A DNA stretch of 64,000 nt from Setoptus koraiensis (Eukaryota > Animalia > Arthropoda): positions 16,244,001 to 16,308,000 of the forward strand of contig CM106585.1 of the NCBI GenBank assembly GCA_048013815.1. Direction: 5' to 3'. The translations under genes and the position numbers were made by a program. Within the stretch, counting starts at the first letter, position 1; every line of letters starts with the position of its first letter. Of the stretch, positions 56,543 through 64,000 are shown in pieces. Under the pieces are notes generated by a model. The model was given only the letters and a program-made list of their open reading frames with translations. It was not told where the DNA came from and made no database searches.

Positions 56543-56639
56543 CTAATACCTCGCCGCTAACATCTCGCCGCTAATACCTTGCCGCTAATACCTCGCCGCC
56601 AACATCTTGCCGCCAACATCTTGCCGCTAATATCCGCCG
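56543..56639. repeat. 14-bp tandem repeat x7 (CTAATACCTCGCCG)
   Basis: Units start at 56543, 56557, 56571, 56585, 56599, 56613 and 56627. Confidence 0.9.
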
Positions 56640-59339
56640 CGGGGCACAGGTGAAATAGGTCAGGTGAGTGATGCCGCTGCGCGCTTGTTGCATCGGGCCA
56701 CGCGCGTTTCACTACTTTCTTCCGTTCAGCGGAATCCGCTGCGGCAAGTGCGGCCCGCGAGTTGCGGCTGGCAAGTTGCGGGTCGCAGCAACAGCAGAGA
56801 AAACAGCGGCGACGACAATTGAATGGCGAGTAATGGCGCCATGAAGCGCCACAATGGGCCATAAATCGAGCGGCCCGATGCGTGGCGACTGGCCGCCGGC
56901 AACCCCTGTCGGACGTTGCGCAACACAATCGCACAAGCTATCACCTGTTATCATAACAGTGTTATGTAACCGGTGTGTTGCGTAAGTGAGCTGCGGAGGC
57001 CGGAGCAGGTTGCTGTTGTCCGTTGGCCGCTGCTGTCCGTTGGCCGCGTTTGTCTTGGCGTCTCGGTGCTGACGCTCGCCGAGCAGCAAACAAACAAACG
57101 CAGACGCACAAATAAACTGACCATTACAAACAAGCGAATAAACGAGCGAGTAAACAAACAAGCGGCCATATTTGGGCGCCGCCAAGCTCAACTGTCCAGC
57201 GGAGAGTCTGTGCCCACTCAATAAACAATATCGGTCGCCTAATGGCCAACACTGGCTTGTTGCTTGCGCTTGGCTCGGCTCGCTCGGCCATCTTCTGCGC
57301 CGGCCAACGGAATTCTCGGCCAAGCGATCAAATTCTCGGCCGAGCCACTGCCGGCGGACAAACGCACATAACAGTCTTACGCAACAGTCTTACGCAACAG
57401 TCGCTTGTGTAACAGGCGCTTGCGAAAAAGCCGCTTGCGCCAGTTTGTTTGCTCGGGCCGCGGCGGCTTGCGCCGACGGGCGAATGCGCCGGCCGACCGT
57501 TACTCATCAGCATACTGCATGCGTAATGTTATCATTATTACATCATTATTAATTTAGCGGCCAGTGGCCCGCTAAATTGTGCGCTGGCAAGGCGGCGCAA
57601 GCTCACCTGTTGCTGGCTGTTCGCTGGCCGGTCATAATTCATTTGGCCACTCGCGCCGGAGTGGTCGTCGGCGCAGCCGGATGCCGAGCGGCCGGCAGAC
57701 GGCGAGGCGGCGGCTGCCGGCCGCAGCAACCGACGCAACCGATGCAACAGCAGATAAACACAACAAGTGGCAATAACTCATCGCTCGTCGCCTTTATTAT
57801 TTATTACATGCTCGCAATTGCGCAATTGCCCATTTGCCCACTTGTCCGCTCACGGCCAATCGGTCAGCGGAGCGCCGCTGCGTCGGCGAGTGGCCGGGCA
57901 AGTTGCGCAACGGCGCACGACACTGGACAGCGTATGTAAACATATGTACATATAAATGTGTCTGTGTGCCGATTGCGATGCGCACGATTCGCGCTCACCT
58001 GTCGGGCTGGCCAACCGCCGGCGAGCTCACGTCGGCCGCCGCTCGTCGAGCCGCCGCCGCATGAGACTCGGGCCGCCGCATGAGACTCGGGCCGCTGCAT
58101 GAGACTCGGGCGAGCGAGACTCCCTCCGCGACAGGTGACACATTTACCTGCGGGCACAACTGCGGCGCAACTGCCGCGCAACTGCGGGCGCAGGAAAGGG
58201 GCAATTTTTGCCTGGCCGACGCTGACACTGCCAGTGCCAGTGGCGGCAAAAGTTGTCAGGCAGCCCGGCGGCCAACGGCTAGAACAAAACCGGAGACGCA
58301 GCTAATTATGTCAACGGGCAGCCGCGCAGGCGAGCAGGCGACTCGCCTGAGGTGAGCGGGCGACGGGACGGGACAGGTTCAAGGGCAGACGAGCGGAGCT
58401 TGATTAGCGCCGCCGCTCATGATAATTCACTGGCCGGCTCATCGGCGGCCAAGAGCGAGCTTTGAGCCGGCCAGCGGTGGCGGTTGTTGCGTAACTGGCG
58501 CATTGACTGCGGTGTTTGCGTTTGCTGGCGAGCGGTAACCTGTTGCGCAATGTGAGACTCACCTGAGTCGAACGCTGCTCAAATGGGCCCGTTTTGGCGC
58601 TGCCGCTGACAGCTTCTGGCGAGCCGCTCGTTTGCATTCGAGTGGCACAGGATCTGGCCAAATCGCGCACGGCGAGCGGGCCAAATTGCTAAAAAGTTGC
58701 CGTCTGTTGGTGCCTTGGCCGGCCAATGTGGCCGAAGCGGCCACTGCGGCCGCTGCCGTGTCGGCGGGTTGCGAGCCGCCGGCCCAGCGAGCGCCAGCCC
58801 GATAAAGCGACGCCAAGTGCTGATTGTTGCGTAATAGTTTTTTGTTTGTCTTGGCTTTGGCCACTTCGAATTAACGCGCTCGCCAATGCCTTATGCCGCT
58901 GTCGCCTGCAGCCAGTGTCGCATCTCCGCCGTTAGCTGTCCGCCGTCCGAGCGGCCGGGCGCCGGAATGTCGCCGCTCGCCGGGGACGCGGACGACGGGA
59001 GCGGCGAGCCGACGACCGTGACGGTCGCTCGTAAAGTGGCGCTGGCGTCGCCGCAACAGCGACGGAGAAACCGGCCAGTGGCCACTTCGGGCAGCGCCGA
59101 CGGGATTTGCGGACGGACACATGAGTCAGGTGACATGACGAATGCGCCGGCGCGACCGCGACCAAAATTGCCGATGCTACCCACGCAATCGTAAACACGG
59201 CAGCAAATTGTCGCAAACGAGCGTCTCGGCGCTTGGCCTCGTTCCAACTTAAAATGCGGCGATAAAACATGCGACGGTATGAAGTATGAAACGCAAAATG
59301 ACGCGACATAAAAACTGCGCCAGCGCGGAAAATGGAAAA

Positions 59340-59445
59340 ATGGACAAGCGGACAAGCGGACAAGCGGACAGGCGGACAGACGGGCAAGCGGATAAACGGA
59401 TAAATGGATAAACGGTTAAATGGACACACGGACATGCGGACGGGC
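59340..59445. repeat. Degenerate 8-bp tandem repeat (CGGACAAG)
   Basis: GGACAAGC x3 grading into GGACAGGC, GGATAAAC and similar variants. Confidence 0.8.
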
Positions 59446-59692
59446 GGCGCACAAATGGAACGGAACGAGGACACGGCGCTCGCAGCGATACTCAGTGTGG
59501 CCGTGATAATGGCGACAGTGCGGCCACCAGAAGCCCGAGTGACGACAGCCGCGCAACGCTGGACGGCGGCCGGCCAGTCGGGCCGCGCTGCGGACGGGCC
59601 CGGTCGACGGGCGTCGGGCGGGCAATTGTTGCGATGTGTCGCGGCGCGACAGATTGACACACTTGTTGTCGGTTGTTTTTGCACTTGTCGTT

Positions 59693-59752
59693 GCCGCCAT
59701 TACCGCTGTCGCCGCCATTACCGCTGTCGCCGCCATTACCGCTATCGCCGCC
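59693..59752. repeat. 18-bp tandem repeat x3 (CGCCGCCATTACCGCTGT)
   Basis: Three near-identical adjacent units. Confidence 0.85.
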
Positions 59753-60911
59753 GTTGGTGTGACGCAACAAGCTCGCAGCAGGCGACACACGGACAAACGG
59801 AAAGACGCGCCTCGCTTGTGCTGCCATGAATAGCGACAAAAACAATAACACAAGAGCAGCCACTATAAATAATAATAATCGTAGCGGAATCGCTGCAACT
59901 ACCAACATGCAGCCGTAACGGCATAATATGTGAGTTACATAATATGTGAGTTGCATAATGTAACGGTGCATTCAAATTGCGTCATCGTACTTGTGTTGGC
60001 TCGTCGCGTTCGCATCACGCCAATTTTATATTGCGTCATCATAAGTGAATGCGTGATATTGGCGCATTGACAGGGCTGGAAAGTGGCGTCGATTGTCCTC
60101 GGGCTCGCTCGATTATGAACGCCGTTCCACTTGGACAGTCTAACGACTCGCGAGCGTGTATCGGCGTCGTTGTTGCCGTTGTCTGGTCGTTGTCGCTGTT
60201 GTCTCGCCGTTGTCTCGTCGCTGCAGCTGAGGGCGCCCCGAGAGTTTGGTCAGTTTATGCGCTCATGATGAGATACTTTCGTTGTTGCTGCTGCCCCCGT
60301 AGACACTGCTAGACACACACAACCATCTTACGTAATATATATATATATATAGACATAATCCGGCGTCTATTGTTGTGCCGTATGTAACCATGACAACAAA
60401 GCCTCACACAAAGCGACCCAACTGCGGCCAACTCGAGGATGACAGTCAGACAGGTTGCTGCTTGATGCGCTTGTTGCGTCACCGTGATTGTTGCGTCACT
60501 ACTGAGGAATCTATCAGGACACCAGCAGCAACAACAACAACAACAACAGCAGCAGCAACAACAACAACAGCAACAACAACAACAAGCTGTCAGCTGATTG
60601 TTTCAGGCTACTTTCGCCGCATCATTGGCGTCGCGCTTGATTATGCCGTCGCTGTGTCGCAACAGAGTCTGTTGTGTCTGTTCGCTGGCAACGAGTGGTC
60701 GCTTGGCGATGCCCGCCGCTCACCACAACAGCCAATTCTTGCACAACAACCGATTCTTGCGCAACAGGCGACTCGACGGCTCCATTTAAAGCGATTATGT
60801 TGCGCAACAATAACAATGGCCACCATCGGTCACGTTGTTACTGGCCGCGACCAGCAGCGCCCAGCCAGCGCCCGCCAGCGCCCGTTCGAGCCGGCTCACC
60901 TGGCCGGGCAT

Positions 60912-60953
<42 letters not shown>

Positions 60954-62317
60954 GCAATGGCGGCTGCGCCTCGAGCATCCCGAGGCTCGGGCATCGCGAG
61001 GCTCGGGCATCGCGAGTCGTCATATCTCGAGAGTGTCGGCGTAACGGCGAGCGCAGCGTCAGCGTAACGCGTTTCGCTTGCAAATGGCGGCAAATAAATG
61101 AGCGAATGCCGCCTCATTGTTTGTCCGCCCAAGTGGCTCGACCGAAGTGATGAGGACACGACGCCGGGCCAATTGAGCCGACTCGAAACAGCGAAGCCAA
61201 ACAAGGGGCAGCAGCAAGTGCACAAATAGCGGCTAACAGCTAAAAATAGCCGCCACTGTCGCTGGCACAGGCATGAAACAAATGAATAAAACAAACAAGC
61301 GAGCGATAGGGCCACACAATGATAAAATAAAGTGATTGTTATATAACAAGTTAAATGATGAGCTCATGCCGAGTTCAGCGTCTTGGCCGTTGGGTCATCT
61401 CGACAAGCGAGCTCACTGTTTCGCCGACTGTGTGTGTTGTTACAAGACTTTGTTGGACTGTGTGTGTGTGTGTGTCATGATAGAAGTGGCATCATTACGC
61501 AACGCAGCGGCCAACGATTCACATGATCACACAAATGAATCAACTTGGCCGCTCGAGCACATGCAAATGTGTCGCAGTTATGCAAATCATTATAAACACT
61601 TTTGGTTGGCGGGCACAGTTACGCAACTGTCGCTACTCGACAGTTGCCGCGATGAACTCTGGCGCTCATCGTTGGCCACTGGCGCCACTTGCGCAACTGG
61701 CCGCCGGCCGACATATCGGCCGTATGCCTACAAAAAGTGGCCGCCACTAATGATGCAGAACTCTCTCTCTTTGGGCTGTTCTGACAACAATTGCGACTCT
61801 CGGCCCTTGCGAACGGCGCCTTGGCGAGCCAACACAAGCTCGCCAGGCAAAGCTCGCCGGGCAAAGCTTGCCAGGTGAAACTGGCCGGGTGAAAGGCTCC
61901 TCACAAAGGCCACTTTCTAACCATTGTGTCGCTGGCCGCTGGCTGCAACGGTTGTGTGCGCAGGTCATTGTTGTCGGATATTGTGCGCCTCAGCGCGCTC
62001 ACTTTGCGCCGACGCCACCAAAAACAGTCTCAGTTAATTTCAGTTAAACTGGCCAGTGTGTGCTGCGGCATGCATTATGGTCAATCATTTCGGCCGGTGC
62101 GATGCTCCATTTGAGTGCAAGTGTGCCCGTCATTAGGACGTCACCGTTGCGTCATCGTGCCAGCGTCTCTCAATTGGCCGGCCACTGGGCCGTTGGCCTA
62201 TCGCCGTGTGACCCCGCTCGCTTGATGCGCCGCCGCCACACACCGTTGTGCGGCGCTGACTGATTGTGCGGCGCTGCTAGACAATCGCGCTCAATAATCA
62301 GTCTGGATCGCAAGCGG

Positions 62318-62404
62318 CCAACTGGTCACCAACCGGCCAACAGGTGAACTGGTCACCAACTGGCCAACAGGTGCACTGGTCATCAACTGGCCAACAGGTG
62401 AATT
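62318..62404. repeat. 27-bp tandem repeat x3 (AACTGGTCACCAACTGGCCAACAGGTG)
   Basis: CAGGTG at 62341, 62368 and 62395, spaced 27 bp apart. Confidence 0.85.
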
Positions 62405-63807
62405 GTGCGCAGCACCAATTACGCACTGCGCGGCCACTGCTAACTGTTGCCGTTAATGTTGCGTCATGGCTGCCACCGCGCCGGCGGTTAATGGCCCGTT
62501 AGATGGCGGGCCAGATATAGCAACAGTGACGTCCCGATGCAACAATAGCGACGGCCAGATATAGTAATAGTGACGGCCAGATATAGTAATAGTGACGGCG
62601 GTGGGCCCGCACTCAGACGCTCGCTGGGCGGCCGCGCAACGCGGCGCGACGCAGCCCAATGCGGCACAATGCGGCACATTGCGGCCGCCGATGAGGTCAT
62701 CGTGATGCATAAACGACCATTGTATGCAAATGAGACGTCGTTGCACACAAGTTGCGCATACTGCACACGCTGGACAGATTGCGCAATGGCCGCTGTGGCC
62801 CGGCGAACCCTCTAGGTGGCCGGTTGCGCAACGACCGGCCGGTGGCACAGTCACCGATGCTCCGAACGTATGCATCCGATAACGTATTTATGTATCTGAT
62901 GATGGCATCATCTGATAATAATATTACACGAAAAACAAGTTTACGTAATGTGGACCATCCATATCATGCCCACCGCAGGTCGCTGTCGAATATACAGTGT
63001 CGACCGCACCGAACGGCAGCCGCATCCGGCCCGTCGGGTCGCATCGAACGGGCCGCGCGTATCGCCCTCAACGGGGCCAGCGGGCCCGCGGGCGACAGTT
63101 TTGTTTGTCGCGAGCGACGGTTGTGCTTGTCGCGAGCGACGGTTGTGCTTGTCGCGAGCGCCGCTAGGCGACCCACGGAGCGCCAAAGTCGGGCGACAGA
63201 ACGAGGCCAAGCCGGCCCGAGGACAACAAGCCGACACGCAAGTCGGCGCTGACAATTCGCAATTGTTGTGGTTGCAGTTGACACTTTTGGTGACTTTTGT
63301 TTGTGCGGCCACAACTGTCCGATATCAGGCGCTTCAGGTGTGACAACAACCACCGATGATCGGATTGAGTCGGTGGTTGTTGCGTAAGCGTCGGGCCAGT
63401 TCTCACACACACACACACACACACGCACAGCGGACAGATATCGCATGATATGATAATCGCGCATTCATTCATTTTGTGACCATGTCCAGCACAGCACAAG
63501 CGAGCCCATGTTGCACTTGTTGTTTTGGTCGCTTGTTTGCAACGGTTTGCAACGCCAAACAAACGCAACTCACCTGTCGCACGCTGCCGGTCGCATTGTC
63601 TAGACAAACATGCGCTGATTGTGTTGCTTTGTGTCGCGCCGGCCGCAGCAACTGACCGACGCCGACGCATCGAGTTGGCCGTTGTTGCGCAACGCCAGCG
63701 GCCTCGTTCGGGCACACTTTCACATCGTTGTTGCGCAACAGTAACGGCCCCATTCGGACGAGTGCCACTGCGGCCGACAATGGCACCAATATCGCCTTGT
63801 TAGCAAA

Positions 63808-63812
63808 TTGTT

Positions 63813-63846
<34 letters not shown>

Positions 63847-63915
63847 CTGTCGTTGTTGCTGCGGTTGTTGCCGTCGTTGTCGCCGTTGCCGTTGCTGTCG
63901 TTGTTGCCGTCGTTG
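63808..63915. repeat. Mixed (CGT/TGT/TGC)n trinucleotide low-complexity tract
   Basis: Visible GTCGCC/GTTGCC/GTTGTT runs. Confidence 0.8.
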
Positions 63916-64000
63916 TCGGCAGGCAACAAGTGGCGAGCGAATTGTTTTCGTTGCTGAACGACAACATTGTTAAACAACCGAAATTCACACACACACACAC

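Larger units (their letters stand above)
53824..64000 (-). promoter_or_regulatory. Probable >10-kb intron of the ZP gene with dense putative cis-regulatory motifs
   Basis: No recognisable protein domain. Hand count: >=27 TT[AG]CG[CT]AA sites, many CNGTTA sites and ~17 CAGGTG/CACCTG sites. The upstream ZP-N exons must lie further right. Confidence 0.5.

Noticed and set aside
56543-62600. Short repeat arrays considered as CRISPR-like
   Set aside because: They are contiguous tandem units with no unique spacers or cas genes, in a eukaryotic context.
53851-64000. Dozens of overlapping 60-250 aa ORFs on both strands
   Set aside because: They are Arg/Ala/Cys-rich translations of GC-rich, repeat-laden DNA, overlap in all frames, and show no recognisable domain or codon consistency.
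1-64000. tRNA, rRNA, snRNA, conserved miRNA and transposase/RT genes
   Set aside because: None was recognised by eye. Infernal/tRNAscan-SE and RepeatMasker runs would be needed to exclude divergent copies.

Overview
Eukaryotic nuclear DNA from a compact, intron-poor arthropod genome. An acariform, possibly eriophyoid, mite is my inference from arthropod-type proteins and a 6.4-kb single-exon Dicer; no database search was run. Bases 1-53.8 kb are gene-dense. They hold a spliced myristoylated IQ-motif gene, a NEMO/optineurin-like coiled-coil gene, enoyl-CoA isomerase ECI2 plus a pseudogenic fragment, and two paralogous genes joining a Mastermind/LAG-3-type N-terminal helix to a FOXO-type C-terminal transactivation motif with no forkhead domain (top finding). 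They also hold synergin gamma, an inverted head-to-head pair of PH-less RalGPS-type RasGEF genes, an F-box gene, inorganic pyrophosphatase, three large secreted low-complexity orphan proteins, a stand-alone ELMO PH module, a stand-alone ATRX-type ADD protein, Dicer-1, and the last exon of a dusky-like ZP gene. Bases 53.9-64 kb are non-coding, visibly GC/CpG-rich, and probably a >10-kb intron of the ZP gene. This stretch is strongly enriched in TT[AG]CG[CT]AA bZIP palindromes, Ovo/Shavenbaby-type sites and short tandem duplications. A ~500-bp almost G-free tract (candidate NUMT) and a 500-N gap flanked by a 254-bp exact overlap are also present. I recognised no tRNA, rRNA, CRISPR array or transposase/RT. 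Reference sequences quoted for comparison are from memory and need confirming.
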